From Octopus vulgaris (lineage: Eukaryota): DNA of 64,000 bases. The stretch spans positions 64,356,001-64,420,000 of the forward strand of contig OX597825.1 of the NCBI GenBank assembly GCA_951406725.2, written 5' to 3'. Of this stretch, positions 41,292-55,005 are shown piece by piece; position 1 is the stretch's first letter; each line of letters starts with the position of its first letter. A program made the translations under genes and the position numbers. The notes beneath the pieces were generated by a model. That model ran no database searches. It worked only from the letters and a program-made list of their open reading frames with translations, and was not told the origin of the DNA.

Positions 41292-41655
41292 TTTCTTTGA
41301 CTTGTTTAAATCATTTGACTGCGGCCATGCTGGAGCACCCCGGGATTTATTCTCTCTAAGCCTAGTACTTATTCCATCGGTCTGTTTGCCGAACCGCTAA
41401 GTTACGGGGACGTAAAAACACCAGCATCAGTTGTTGGGGGTGGACAAAACAGACACAAAAAACACATAAACACACGCACACATACACACACACACACACA
41501 TATGTATACGACGTGCTTTTTCAGTTTTCCTCTACCAAATTTGTTGGGCCCGAGGGTATAATAGAAGACACTTCTCGAAGTTTCCACGAAGTGAGTCTGC
41601 ACCTGGAATCATGTGATTGGTTTAGCAAGCTACTTTCCACACACCCTCTCTTGTG
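41292..41655 (-). mobile_element. SINE family B, diverged
   Basis: catttgactgcggccatgctggagcac...gccgaaccgctaagttacggggacg. Confidence 0.8.
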
Positions 41656-41672
41656 CTGCTTCGAATAACATA

Positions 41673-41856
41673 GGTAGAGTAATATGCTTTATTAAAAAGG
41701 AGCAAAATTATCACAAAAACTGTTACTCAGGGTTTCACGTTCCAGTTAGTCGGACAGTTTTGCTTAGATTCGGAAGAAAACTGTCCGACCCGATGAACGG
41801 GAATTTGAAACTCTGAGTATCAGATTTTGTGATATCTTTTATGGTTTTTAATAAAC
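41673..41856. mobile_element. Inverted pair of hammerhead-containing PLE-type terminal repeats (minus 41716-41761, plus 41777-41828)
   Basis: Imperfect ~170-bp palindrome. Each arm reads AAAACTGT-CCGA..A-stem II-GAAA-C.CTGAG-TA-.CAG.TTTT followed by AATAAA. Ends at (TA)n. Confidence 0.75.
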
Positions 41857-42656
41857 TATATATATATTTCACTATTTAGTTCAGCCGAAATATATTTGTC
41901 ACATATTTATTTTGCTAAAGGCAAAAACACTGCATTTATCGTGGAGAAAAATCTTACTACCGTAGCTCGAACACTATAACCACCGAATGACGCGTGTACA
42001 CACAAATAGACAGATATTTATTGAAGTATGTATCGTATTTTCCGCTTTTATAGTGTTTTCATACTTCTTGAATACAACGTATCTCATAACATTGCTGTAT
42101 GATATAATTTGTGTTTGATAAATTTTAGTTAGTATATATAACAATTTTTAAAAGTATTTTGTGCATCTTTATGTGAGTGAGTGTGTATGTTTGGTTATTT
42201 ATTTGTGTAGGTATGCGTATGTATTAAAATTTGTAGATACATGTTGTAGAATGTTACGAAAACGATGCTTATTGATATACAGAAAGGATATAATCCTTTC
42301 TATTGTAATCAGAATTACTTCACTGTACCCAGTGTTTAACTGTATCGACCCCAGAAATGTAAAGTCGAACTTAACGGAATTTGTACTGAAACTTAAATAT
42401 TGCTTAGCGCCAAATATTTCGCTAGCTCGCTACCTCATATGAAAAATTAATCTTGTTAAAATGTTAGATGTTTTAATTGTGTCTAGAAGTGACGAGTGAG
42501 TAGGAGTAGTTGTAGAATCATGTGCAGATATTTTGTATATAGACATTGCAATGAATGCGTGCGTGTATATATATATATATTTCCCTGTATGTACGTATGA
42601 TCATCTTAATGACTGCCAAGCTACAAGTATACCTAACTCCATATATATATATATAC

Positions 42657-42735
<79 letters not shown>

Positions 42736-42736
42736 T

Positions 42737-42778
<42 letters not shown>

Positions 42779-43350
42779 GGATCAAATAATTCAGGGGGGA
42801 AATGTTTGCGAAGACATTATCGACTGCATTATTGTCTAGTGTAGCAATTATAAATGATAAATGATAAGAACAAAATTAATAATATTGGTGATTACAGACC
42901 CCAAAAGCATTAAATGGCTGAAGGATTAAAATGAATCGAAGAACATACTAAGTATGCCCACCTGCTGGAAATAACAGTCAAAACTCTTATTTAAATTGCC
43001 GAAAATATCAGGTGATGACTACAGAAATCTACCGTCTGCCGGCAAACGAGCTAGGGCAATCTATCAATATACATTTAAGTATTTTGACTCACATGAACCG
43101 ATTTCGCGACCGGCATTATAGCCTCAGCTTCGTTAGCACGCGTTATCATGATGAAGAGGACGTGGGGTGCGTCCTAGCCCGTTTCCCCGCAGACGTTTGA
43201 TTTACGTAGTCGTCACCAGTATATTTTTTCGGCGATTTAGATAAGAATTCTGCCTGATATTTCCAGCAAGTAGACACATAGAGTATGTCCTTTGATTAAT
43301 TTTAATCTTTCATCCATTTATATATGGGTGTATATATGGGTGTATATATG

Positions 43351-43424
<74 letters not shown>

Positions 43425-43429
43425 TGATG

Positions 43430-43496
<67 letters not shown>

Positions 43497-43892
43497 GGAG
43501 CATAGCTCCAAACTTACAGGGTAAAATTCGATTTAGTTTTAAATCAAATTTTACAGTATAAATATATAACATATGAATTAGAGATAAAATTATAAATTAT
43601 AATTATAATTAATTATAATTATAAAGATAAATTATAGCCATGAAACGTATGTAGTGTTTTATTTATTATATTATATTTAACATTCTTTTATTTAAAAAAA
43701 GCTATATATATAATTATAATAATAATGGCGGTGCCCCACCATGGCCACAGCTCGTGAGCTGAAACTAGATGAAATGAAATAAAAAAATATATTAATTATA
43801 TTATTATATTTATATTATTTGTTATTTATGTATTGGTTTATGTCTATCACTGTTTGAGTTGCATAATAGTGGTTTTATCTCTAATTCGTAGT

Positions 43893-44224
43893 GAAGGGTA
43901 AAGACCCCCTTCGGTCATGAATGACCATGGGATTGCACTTAGAAAGTTACCCTCCTAGACACAAGTCCGGGCAAGGTTGTTTATGGAAGACCAGCAGTCG
44001 CCCATGCATACCAGCCTCCCCTCTCCACGCCACCAGTGTTATCCAAGGGAAAGACAAAGGTCGATACAGCTTGGCACCAGTGACGTCGCAACTCATTTCT
44101 ACAGGTGAGTGAACTGGAGCAACGTGAAATAAAGTGCCTTGCTCAAGAACACAACACGCAGCCCGGTCCGGGATTCGATCTCACAACCTCACGATCGTAA
44201 GCTCGATGCTCTAACCACTGAGCC

Positions 44225-44225
<1 letters not shown>
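43893..44225 (-). mobile_element. SINE with family-C head and CORE-like block but a different 3' body
   Basis: Head tggctcagtggttagagc..gatcgaatcccgg and gtgttcttgagcaaggcacttta; the downstream ~190 bp is unrelated to the other family-C tails. Confidence 0.75.
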
Positions 44226-44255
<30 letters not shown>

Positions 44256-44284
44256 TATATATACATATACACACACACACACAT

Positions 44285-44327
<43 letters not shown>

Positions 44328-44429
44328 AAGTTAATCCAAACATGAAAACACAAAGAGAAAACACAACAACGCGAGGACGTGGAACAAATATAGCATTATT
44401 GGACGCTCAGGAAGGAAAGGAAGAAGGAG
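44328..44429 (-). mobile_element. Truncated 3' terminus of the same PLE family
   Basis: gttaatccaaacatgaaaac...ttattggacgctcaggaagg matches 48217-48315. Abuts (TA)n. Confidence 0.75.
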
Positions 44430-45139
44430 CACATATATATGTGGGTATTTATGTGCGTTCGTTTATATACACAGGATTGAGTGAAGAAATTACCAGAAGT
44501 AGCACGCAACACACTATTTGGAGATATCTTGGAGTTATATGCATTTAATAACACATTGATTTTGTGCCACTTTACTTAAGGTTTCGTGGGCGTATGCCAC
44601 ATCCACTTCATCCTATCTAGTAATACGTATAGACTAATTTTGAATTTTATTTGAGTTTTTCATTATGTACGTATTTCAAATAAATAACATTTCTTTTTTG
44701 ACAGATTAAATCTAGTAAATATAGAGAGAATTACTGGTGTTTATGGGTATGCATACGTAAATACACGCAGACGCATACCTACATACATACGCAGGCGCAC
44801 ACAAATACAAATATTAACATATGATGACATTGCAATACTCCTTGAAAATTATGTATTGTAAATTATGTTGGAATGTCTAGACAAACATGAAAATATACTT
44901 AAGCTGTAGTTCGTCTTAAAATAATGAGTGCTTCTATTTATTGTGTATGAAAACACGTCTATAGACATGTAAAATATGCGGATATATCTATATTAGCATA
45001 TGTTCATTTGTGTGTATGCATTTGTATTTACGTTCTTTTCTGTGATTCTGTGTAATACATATACATAGCCCAAGATATATATATATATGTGTATGTATAT
45101 GCATATATACACACTTAATGATTTTAAAGTCAGTTTATA

Positions 45140-45790
45140 TTAAAATACATATCATTTTCAAAATTTTATACAGCTTGCAGACAGAATTACATTTTTCTGA
45201 AAGCCTATTTTTAAGCAGATGACCGTTGTGTTCCAGGCATTGCTGACAATTTGAAGCAATGGAATCGCAAGCACGAAGAAACAATTCGGTCATTATTTGT
45301 TCGCATTCTCGTTCAATGCTTGCTGACAATTCGTCGACAGTTGCCAGTTTTGTACAGAAAACTTTATCTTTCATGCATTTCAAGAAAAAAAAACCCAGTG
45401 TCGTGAGATGAGTTCAACGTAGAGAGTATTCTACGGAACCCTTTTGCGTTATATACTTCTTGAATAAAGTCTCGTAAAAGCTCGTAGATTTTTCGGCTCT
45501 TACATTATTACGGCTAAGCGTAAGTACCCCATCTCCCTGGAAATAAAGCACCGCATCTTCAAAGTCATCTTCAATGCTTAGCATAACAGAGAGCTGCAGG
45601 AAAACCAAGCGAATGAGGACACTTCACAGTGCTGTAAAATGAAAGGTCCAGTTAATCTTTTAATGATAAATCGTATCATATTTTAACTTCTGGTTATTCA
45701 TCATGATGTTTCTCTGTAATATTCGGTTTCTCAGGTTCACAGAGACTGCAATTGCGGTAGCTAATTCAGCCATTTTATTCGAACGTAGCT
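45140..45790 (-). mobile_element. Tc1/mariner-superfamily transposase relic (catalytic domain to C-terminus)
   Basis: YFQGDG (cf. FQQDGA) and MKDKVF...TVDEL...IEREC..I.......C...NGH C-terminal pattern. Confidence 0.7.
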
Positions 45791-45809
45791 TCAATATTTC
45801 AAACTAGGT

Positions 45810-46226
45810 ACTCTTTTACTCGTTTTTTTGTTTCAGTTATGTGACTGTGGCCATGCTGGAGCACCGACTTTAAGTCGAGCAAATATGCCCCAGGACTTAT
45901 GCGTTGTAAGCCTAGTACTTATTCTATCGGTGTCTTTTGTTGAACCGCTAAATTACGAGGACATAAACACACCAGCATCGGTTGTCAAGCGATGTTGGGG
46001 GGGTGGTGGACAAACACAGACACACAAACACATACACACACATACATATATATACATATATACGGCGGGCTTCTTTCAGTTTCCGTCTACTAAATCCACT
46101 CACAAGGCTTTGGTCGGGCCGAGGTTATAGTAGAAGACACTTGCCCAAGGTGCCACGCAGTGGGACTGAACCCGGAACCATGTGGCTTGTAAGCAAGCTA
46201 CTCACCACACAGCCACTCCTACGCCT
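45810..46226 (-). mobile_element. SINE family B
   Basis: Complete copy. Confidence 0.9.
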
Positions 46227-47349
46227 GCATTTTCTACTCATCTTGCCATATACCTATCACAAAACTCTACTTCTTGGTCTGGATCTTCATTAACGACACA
46301 GATTCAAAATGTAATGGAAGCTTGTTTTTAATATTCCATTTCTCACGATTCTCTTGCAGCATAGATTTTCTTCAATATGTTTCTAGTATTTTTTGCTTTG
46401 TGGGGCTCATTTCAGGGTGACACGTTGTCATTTGAAGAAGAATTTTGTGGCAAGCCAGCTACCACTGTGCGTCCAGTGCATGAGTGTGTTTGCGTGTGTT
46501 AAAGTTCATTGTACTTTGGTTATCTTTAACAAGAGCGTAGAACCAATGCCTGAGGTTTATTGTAACAGATAATAAGGCGGGGACAATATTGCGTTTTTAC
46601 AATTTTCAAGTGCCTAAACACCAGATTATCAAACTTACGTGTGAAATTGTAATTTCTGGCCTGTTGTCTTCTACTTTAGCCTCAGGCCGAATAAAGCCTT
46701 TAGTGTGTATTTGGTAGATGGAAACTGAGAGAAGCTATCGTATACATGTGTGAACGTGTGTCATTTCCATACCGAGCAGGTCTGTCTACAATGCAGAGTA
46801 TGAATTTTATAAGCTTCTTCATAGATAAGAGAATAATACAAAATGTGAATGTAGCAAAGCCTATTTTAGTCAAGGTGACCGAAAATATACTCGCTTCGTC
46901 TTTGGGTAGTTGATAGTGTACTGTTGCCTGTATAAGCTTGTATATGCAGTGCTTGGAAAAGTGATTGGGATGTGTGTCGTTATTATTGATAATTGAATTG
47001 TTGAAAAATAAAGGAGAACTTAATGGATGAATGAAATATTAATGGGAGGTAAAACCGAATCGTAATTTTCTGATATTCAAAACGGAAAATGAATTAATGA
47101 AGCGAGGTTTGCTTAAATCTATGCTTCGAGCAATAATGAAGTCATGCCGAGAAAATAATATCAATGGCCGGAAATGCCGGACGATATCGGCACGTCTGCA
47201 GTAAAAATTCACAAACACGTACACACACATATATACACACAGGTACATATGCATATGTAAGTTTATATATATGTATATATATATGTGGATGTGTGTGCCT
47301 GACTGCGTGTGAGTGTGTCTCCATATGCACACACACACACACACACACT

Positions 47350-47416
<67 letters not shown>

Positions 47417-47579
47417 TTATATACACACGTATCTATGTATTATACATATAGATACAAACAATATATATTTACATATTCCTACATATCTATATACAGACAT
47501 TTACATTTGCATATATATATATATATACATACACATATATACATACATATATAGACATATATATATGCACATATATAAA

Positions 47580-47617
<38 letters not shown>

Positions 47618-47650
47618 TAACCTAGGTCATTTTTTAGTATATATATATAT

Positions 47651-47880
47651 GATTTATTTATACATGTGAAGATTTTAGAACATTTATATTTAGAAGGTCT
47701 TACAGCTGTTTCCAGGATATTTATCATATCCCTTCATTGGAGACGGTGTAAGAAAATGGTTAAGTAATAGTTAATTTAGGTAAGATACGAAACAGAGAGT
47801 GAAGTGGAGGAATGAAAGTAGATGTGAGATATGCGGGGATATTTCATTTGTAGACCCATTATTTAGGCAGAATAGTATAC
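47651..47880 (-). mobile_element. Third PLE-type terminal repeat with hammerhead motif at 47697-47744
   Basis: Minus strand GUCU-CCAAUGA-A-GGGAUAU(GAUAA)AUAUCCU-G-GAAA-CAGCUG-UA-AGAC: perfect stem I, 7-bp stem II, palindromic ACAGCUGU stem III. Followed by AATAAA and (TA)n. Confidence 0.7.
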
Positions 47881-48216
47881 ATATATGATTCCCATATATA
47901 TATATATGAGAGTGTTTCGTTGTGTGTGATGCGCATTGATTGTTTTGAAGAAAATTAATTTAAGTGGTCAAGCACCTTGCCAGTTAACACGCACAAAATT
48001 CCTACAGTAAGAAGACTTACGAATACAATAACATTGAGAGGATATTGAGCACTAATCTACCAGCATATATGCCTACAGTTATAAGGCACTAGAAACTATA
48101 GTACCATATCAACTACAGTATTTCTTTCATTTGTCTTCCGCTATACCACAAATGGACACATGCTCACACACACACTTACATGCACGCACACACAGCCACA
48201 TATTCATATATATATA

Positions 48217-48410
48217 TAAAGTCAATCCAAACAAGAAAACAAAAAGACAACAACGCAAGGATGTGGAGCAAATAAAGTATTATTGGACGCTCAGGAAAGA
48301 AGGGAAGAAGGAGGGTCTGACGTTTCGAGCGGAGCTTTTCGTCGGAAACATAGGAGAAGGAAAGATCCCGAGAAGGGAAGACAGAGGAAAACAAATCGCT
48401 AGTGATACAG
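48217..48410 (-). mobile_element. Solo 3'-terminal repeat of the same PLE family, with hammerhead at 48315-48349
   Basis: Similar to 7407-7580 (aatccaaac...ggacgctcaggaa...gacgtttcgagcggagc..ttcgtcggaaacata). Flanked by (TA)n on both sides. Minus strand GUUU-CCGACGA-A-AAGC(UCC)GCUC-GAAA-CG-UC-AGAC. Confidence 0.85.
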
Positions 48411-48413
48411 ACG

Positions 48414-48445
<32 letters not shown>

Positions 48446-49774
48446 ATATGTATGTTTGTGTGTATGTATGCACATAGAATGAAATGCTTACACAGAATGA
48501 TAAATAAATTACAGAATGAAGAAGATAGAAACGCACTTTCACTTCAAACCCTTGCACATACAAATGTCAGCCCTATTTTACTTAAACCCGTCCATTTAAT
48601 TTGACGCTCATAACAGTCTCACGCGCACATTTACAGACTGGCACACTTTGGTAGGCAAACGTACGCGCACACAAAATTCACTTAAACGCGTTTAGCTTTT
48701 TCCTCTCGACCCACACACAAAACACAACTTTAATCGATCCCGTACCTGCTCACACAAACTCACACCCACGCACAAGCACATTATATAAACGCACTGAATA
48801 GCTTCATACACGCATACACATGCATGCGGACACACATATTCCAGCCTCTCAGGCGTATTTTTTGTCAGCAATACTTGTGACATTTCTACAGCTCAGCTCA
48901 AATCAGCTTTCTGTGAAGGCTGGATACATGCGCGACACTCTTTCTCTATTGTCTTCCTCCTTTCTCTCTTCTCTCCGCTTATCCGTTCGTTCACAAGAAG
49001 AATGAATACTCAAAAGTTAAAAAGTCACTTCCTTTCTTTCATATCATCACTGCCAACATTATATATTCTATGCTGGTATTATTTATCACGTCTCTATATT
49101 CTATTTTGGTATCTGCGTGTATGTGTGAGGTGTGTGTGTGTATGTATGTATACAAAATATGTATATGTATTTCATACTTGTATATATATGTGCAGATGTA
49201 TGTGTTTGAATTTAAATGAGCATGTCAATATCTTTTATCTTTCATTTTTACCTAATTCGATCATTTGACTGTGGCCATGCCGGGGCACTGACTTCAAGAG
49301 TTTTAGTCCAACATATGTAATATATATATATACTGTACTCCTTCGTGTTGACTCCAAATATTTTCAATTATATATAACTGCTCCAAACAGAATGATTCAT
49401 CCATTGAAATAAGGACAAGGAAGAGGAGGAGGGGAAGGGGATGATGATAGGGGAGGAGGAGAAAGGGAAGGGAGGTGGAGAAATGGGAGGAGGAGGATTG
49501 GCAGGAGGTGGAAGAGGAGGAGGAGGAAGAGGAGAGTTGCAGAAGAAAGGGCAGCAATGCCAACAGCGGCAACATCAGTGTGGTGTTAGTAGTAGTAGTA
49601 GTAGAATATACTGTAACTATGCGTCGCTGCATCCCCCATTTTTTGGACTCCCCACACCTGACAGATGAGACCTTTGCACCATTCATGCAACAACCCTTCC
49701 ATCTATGAGTCTGTTTTTGTAGGCGTCGTTTGTGAGGGTTTTACGAGGACAGATTGCAAATTGTACCTCAACCA

Positions 49775-50168
49775 CTTTTAGTCGCTTCTCTACGACACGC
49801 AGATAAAATGCTGGCTGCTTCCTTTGACATGCCGGTTCCCACATAGTGAAGGCAATAAAAATTTAAAATTTATTAGTCAACACAGCAAGCGCTGTTATGA
49901 CTATGTGGTAAAAAAAGCCTGCTTTCCACCCACGTGGTTTCGGCTCCGAATTGATCCTTATCACGACAGAGTGCGAATCCTCTGTCAACATTTTTTAGTC
50001 GGCTTCTACGATACGCACAGAAAACGCTGCCTGGATCTCTTGACATGCCGGTTCCCACACAGTGAAAGCGATAAAATTTAAAAATTAATAAGTGAACATA
50101 GCAAGCGCTGTTGTAACTATGTGGTAAAAAGGCTAGCTTTCGTCACCGAATCGATCCTTATCACGATG
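49775..50168. repeat. Diverged tandem duplication, unit ~215 bp
   Basis: ttgacatgccggttcccaca, agcaagcgctgtt..actatgtggtaaaaa and gatccttatcacga each occur twice in the same order. Confidence 0.9.
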
Positions 50169-50338
50169 ATTTATAATTAAAACACATCCAACCATAACGT
50201 ACATAGCGTTTTCTTCGCTGCATCCAGATACTGAATACCTAAAATAGCATTCTATCTCTAAAACGTAAGAGTGTGATTTGAGGAAATTTAGCTCTTATTT
50301 TATCTCTACTCGCTATAGAGACTGTGTATTTGTTCTGT

Positions 50339-50384
<46 letters not shown>

Positions 50385-53300
50385 CTTTCTCATACGCAAA
50401 ATGAACCCCACTTAATTTTGCTCAGATCGCTTTCATTTTTGGTGCATCGTGTATCGATGCAACTCTGAATTTTCATTGCGATCAACCAATTACTTTATCC
50501 CGTAGATTAAAGAATCTGATGTTATTTGGAATTAAAGTTAGGAAATTTGCGTAGCTTGTTACCATGACAACCACATGCTGCATCGTGGTTAACTGTTGTC
50601 TATGTTGATTTTTCACACCTAATTCTTCACACCACGAGATTCTTTTCATCCGTGTGTTTTGTTTTCATTTTTCTGTATGTTGGTATAATACATATTTTCT
50701 GTGCTTCTGTGTGTTAGTATTTTTCTGTGCCTCTTTCTGTGTGTTAGTATTTTTCTGTGCTTTTTTCTGTGTTAGTATTTTAAATACGAAGTTGGCTCCC
50801 GACTTGGTTAGCTATCTATGCCTGTTTATATCGAGCACAAACTTGCACGAAATACAGACGTCGCAGGAAAAACAGCCTTTTTATATTCAATAAGCTTGCT
50901 GGCACCCTGATGGTACATATCATTGTGCCAAACGTAAAACCGCATATATATGTATTGTTATATATATATATATATATATATATTAATTACCGGCGGCGGT
51001 GGAGGCAGTAGTAGTAGTAGTGGTGATGGTGGTGGTGGTGGTGGTGGTGGTAGAGTCCTGATTGATTATTTCATTTTCCTTTCATCAAAATTCTTTGTAT
51101 ATTTATGGTACAAAAAAACAAATCATTTCTTTTCTAACTGCATAAAATTTAGACAAATCTAAAGAGAAAAACAAAACAATAGTAACAGAGATGTACAGAT
51201 CCCTTAATAGTGAACAAAGTGGCAAAATCAGTGGATAACAGTAAATTGTCTCTCACATCAGCTGAGCCTAAATAGATATATAAGTTATTAATGTGTGTGT
51301 TGACTTAATTTAAGTAGCTGCAACAACTGATGAATAGCAGAAATGTTTTATTTTATTGGCTTGCTACTCTGATTAAGAAAACAAACTGTCCTTTGATACG
51401 CAACTGTTTCTTGGCTGAAGAAATGGGTGTGGAATTGGTTTGGCAGCCCATTATTGCAAACATCAGAAAGCCTTGAAAAACTAATGCCATAAGGTGCAAT
51501 ATTGATCGTTTCAGGTGCAGCGCATGTCATTTGATATATCAAAATTATTTAAGGGCATGGCCTACAAGGAAGAAGTGACTTTAAATTAAATTCTTTTAGG
51601 AACGTTAAGATAAAATCATATAATATGCTGCTTTTATATCCCTATAGCTTTATTCTTCAACGTTTGCAGTGTTATAAGAACATGGTAGATATGACAAATT
51701 AGATATAACAAGAAATTACAACGGTGTATGTTGGGTCCAATTTAGGATATATTTTTTTTCATTCAAAGTGAAATATATATCACTTGACGTATGCTGTACT
51801 CATAGTACAGCACATACATAAAATCTTAGTGTACTTCTTGATGCTGGTTGTTTAGCATTTTGATCTACGCACCAATCTATCTAATTGATATCCCGGATAT
51901 AAATGACAGTAGAGAGAATTCTAGAGTGTTGAGTTTTGAGGAAGAAGGATTATTTTTGTTTTTGATGTGTAGATTCGTAATGGATTATGAATACGAAACG
52001 TGAGACGGAAGGTGATATAACGAATATGTCGGGTGTATCTTTGTGGAGATGATACATAACCCGTCAGCTTCCATAATCTAAGGTAACTGTAATTAAGGTA
52101 GAACCAAGGGTGTGAGACGTCAGCACATTTTTGGGCCAGAGGGTAAAATACTTCTATGAGCGTCTGACTGTTAGTTAATTGATTGTCCTTCGATTTTTAT
52201 ACTGCCTAGAATATATGCGTGTTGTAATACGAACCCTTCCTGACAAACAATATGCCGAGATATAACCAGAGTATTTATTATATTAATAAATACTTGTTCA
52301 GGTGTCTGGTAAAAGATTGTATGATATATATTTTTTAAATTATGCTATTATGGAGCATAACATACCATGTTGTTTCCATGCCATTTTCAAGAGATTGACA
52401 AAATAGGTTTATCCTAACTTCTCGTACTCAATTGCTCGATAAATCAGACATTCTACGTGGAGAAGTAATCAATACATAGATATTTAATGATGTGAGTGTG
52501 TAGTGTTAGTTAACGGTTCAGCTTTAATTTTGTTTCTCTACTTACTAACTTGAAATTTGACTGGGTTTATCTTCGTTTTCCAGCACTCCAGATTCGACAA
52601 TCTATATTCCAGTAATATAATAGGAGCTGTTTCATTAAAAATACTAATTTTGAGCAAAAACATTTTTCTAACAGAAAAAAAATTAAAATTAAATAAATAT
52701 ATTTGTATTTTAATTAAGATCGAAGAAGAAACCTTTTCATTATTAACATTACTCGTTAAAGAATATTCAAACAGTTTCTAAAGGTTGCTGTTTTGAAATT
52801 TGATGAAGACTTAAATTTTTTAGTACGCCAACGACTTCTTTTCACGAACCAGCATTCTTCTCTCTTTGTTTCCGTTTTCTATCCTGAAATAATGTGATGT
52901 TAGTAATCTTTAATGTCATTGAGTATGTGACCTTTGAAAAATTTCGGATAATTGCTGATTTGCGGTACCCATGGTAATAAGAAGTCAGGAGGAGGTAAAG
53001 ACTTAGATTCCAAATGGATTTTACGCAAGTAAATAAAAAGAAATGTTGTCATCTCTAAATTGCTTCGATTGCTTTATTTTATGCCTTCCATAATTCCCTT
53101 TTGTTTATTTCATTTTTGCGTTTTTATAAGGTAACAAAGTATATGCAATGCATAAGAGTAAAAGAGAGATAGCGCTAGAGAATACGAACCTAAAGAAAGC
53201 ATGAGTGGGAGGAACAGAGTGAGAGGAAAAGAGAGACGGAAAGTGCAGGAAGTGTAGGAATCGGAAAATTAAAAAAAAAAATAATAACTTCTACAGATAT

Positions 53301-53661
53301 ACAGAAATAAATATAGAAAGACATGAAAATAATAGGTTAAGAATGTGTGACGTAAGATATAACCTTGTGACGTAAGATGAAATTTTCAAAAATTTGCATA
53401 GAAAACATGAAAGTGCGGAATTAAAACTAACACGAGAGATGTAATTAGTAAGATGTCAATGAGGATTACGATGGTTATCGTGAATAGTTCTACGACCAAA
53501 GAGTTCGCCTCGATACTGTGGATTCGGGATCAATCCAACTGAATGACAATGTGAGAAAATATTTTTTTCTCGCATAACCCCAGGCCGAGCAGCATTTTGT
53601 CTGTGAAGCTGATATAAGGAGACTGCGCAGAAGTCCTTCGTGTGTGTGCGTATGTGTGTGT

Positions 53662-53712
<51 letters not shown>

Positions 53713-54199
53713 TGCACATGTCTATCTTCTTCACATTTTGGCAAGAGGTGTTGGTTCATTTTCCTTCCCGCGCAACCTTCGGCAAAAGATGTACAATAGA
53801 ATAACACCCAGTTATTTTTAAAATAACAATGCACTAAATTTGATCCATTACAATTCAAGTCGGTTTCCAAGCATGGTCGTAGTGCATTGACGGAATAATA
53901 CAAAGAATAATACAATAAATCGAAGAGTCGTATTCTTTATCATCAATGTTTCAATAATAAACTTCAATTAAATAAGTATCAGTAGATTCCACACATACTA
54001 TATATGTATATATATATATATATTTCGCTACTGTAAGTCACCCGTCACTGAAAGGTATTTAATTGGTTTTCGTATATTGATTTCAGTTATTTCGTTATGA
54101 ATATTTACTTGTGATAGAATGGTATTGTATTAGTTTCAAAGTCTGGTACAAGAACAGCAAGTTCAAGGCAGGGGTAATACTCAATTGGTACTTATTTTA

Positions 54200-54460
54200 C
54201 AGAGGCTCGGGAACAGGGGGAGCAGGGGGTGCAGACGCACACCCTAAAATGTTTGTGGGGTGCAAGATCAAAATTTGCATCCCTACTTACATTTCTTAGT
54301 TTAGGAAACTGTGTAATAAAGGATCAGTAAAATGTTGCTTGAAGTTAGTTTTCTCTTAAAGAACAAAGAACAAAAATGCATAAAAATTCAATAAAACGCT
54401 GTAAGAAAAATTTAGATCCGGGCTTGCCCCACCTAAACGAATTTCTTTTTCGAGCCACTC
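54200..54460. mobile_element. hAT-like MITE nested in a degenerate SINE A
   Basis: Imperfect TIRs cagaggctcgggaa / ttttcgagccactc. tatttta is duplicated at 54193-54199 and 54461-54467. The flanks rejoin into the SINE core ggtacttattttatc. Confidence 0.65.
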
Positions 54461-54875
54461 TATTTTATCAAACCTCATATTATGAAAGGAACTGTCAGAA
54501 CGTATACAAAGACAAAATGGCACTAAGCAGTTTCCCCGCGTGCTAAAGACTCTACCAGGTCGTCGCCTTGAAGAGTATTCTATTGTGAAGTGAATTGTAT
54601 CAACATGGTAGACAGCTCCTCTGGTTAAGGTAAATAAACAGCAAATCTATTGATCTTTGTTATTCAGTTAAGTATTAGTTTCCACCCTAGAAGCACTTCT
54701 AAAATGAAAATCGCAAGTGAAGGTCAGAGACCATTCAGCACTAAGCAAATCTTTTGTACTGAATGAAGGATTTCCGCTCTTATAAACAGATTATCCCATA
54801 AAATTTCGCTTGGTCTTACGAAACGGTTAAAAAATCTCCATAATCAGTATAATCTGAATTCATACATATATACAT

Positions 54876-55005
54876 ATTTCTTTACTACCCACAAGGGGCT
54901 AAACGCAGAGAGGACAAGCAAGGACAGACAAACGGATTAAGCCGATTATATCGACCCCAGTGCGTAACTGGTACTTAATTTATCGACCCCCAACGGATGA
55001 AAAGG
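54876..55005 (-). mobile_element. SINE family A 3' half (5'-truncated)
   Basis: atttctttactacccacaaggggctaaac...ctggtacttaatttatcgacccc matches 5545-5660. Confidence 0.8.

Noticed and set aside
51325-51350. CTGATGA...GAAA motif
   Set aside because: Only 6 nt between the motifs with no stem II or stem I; chance match.
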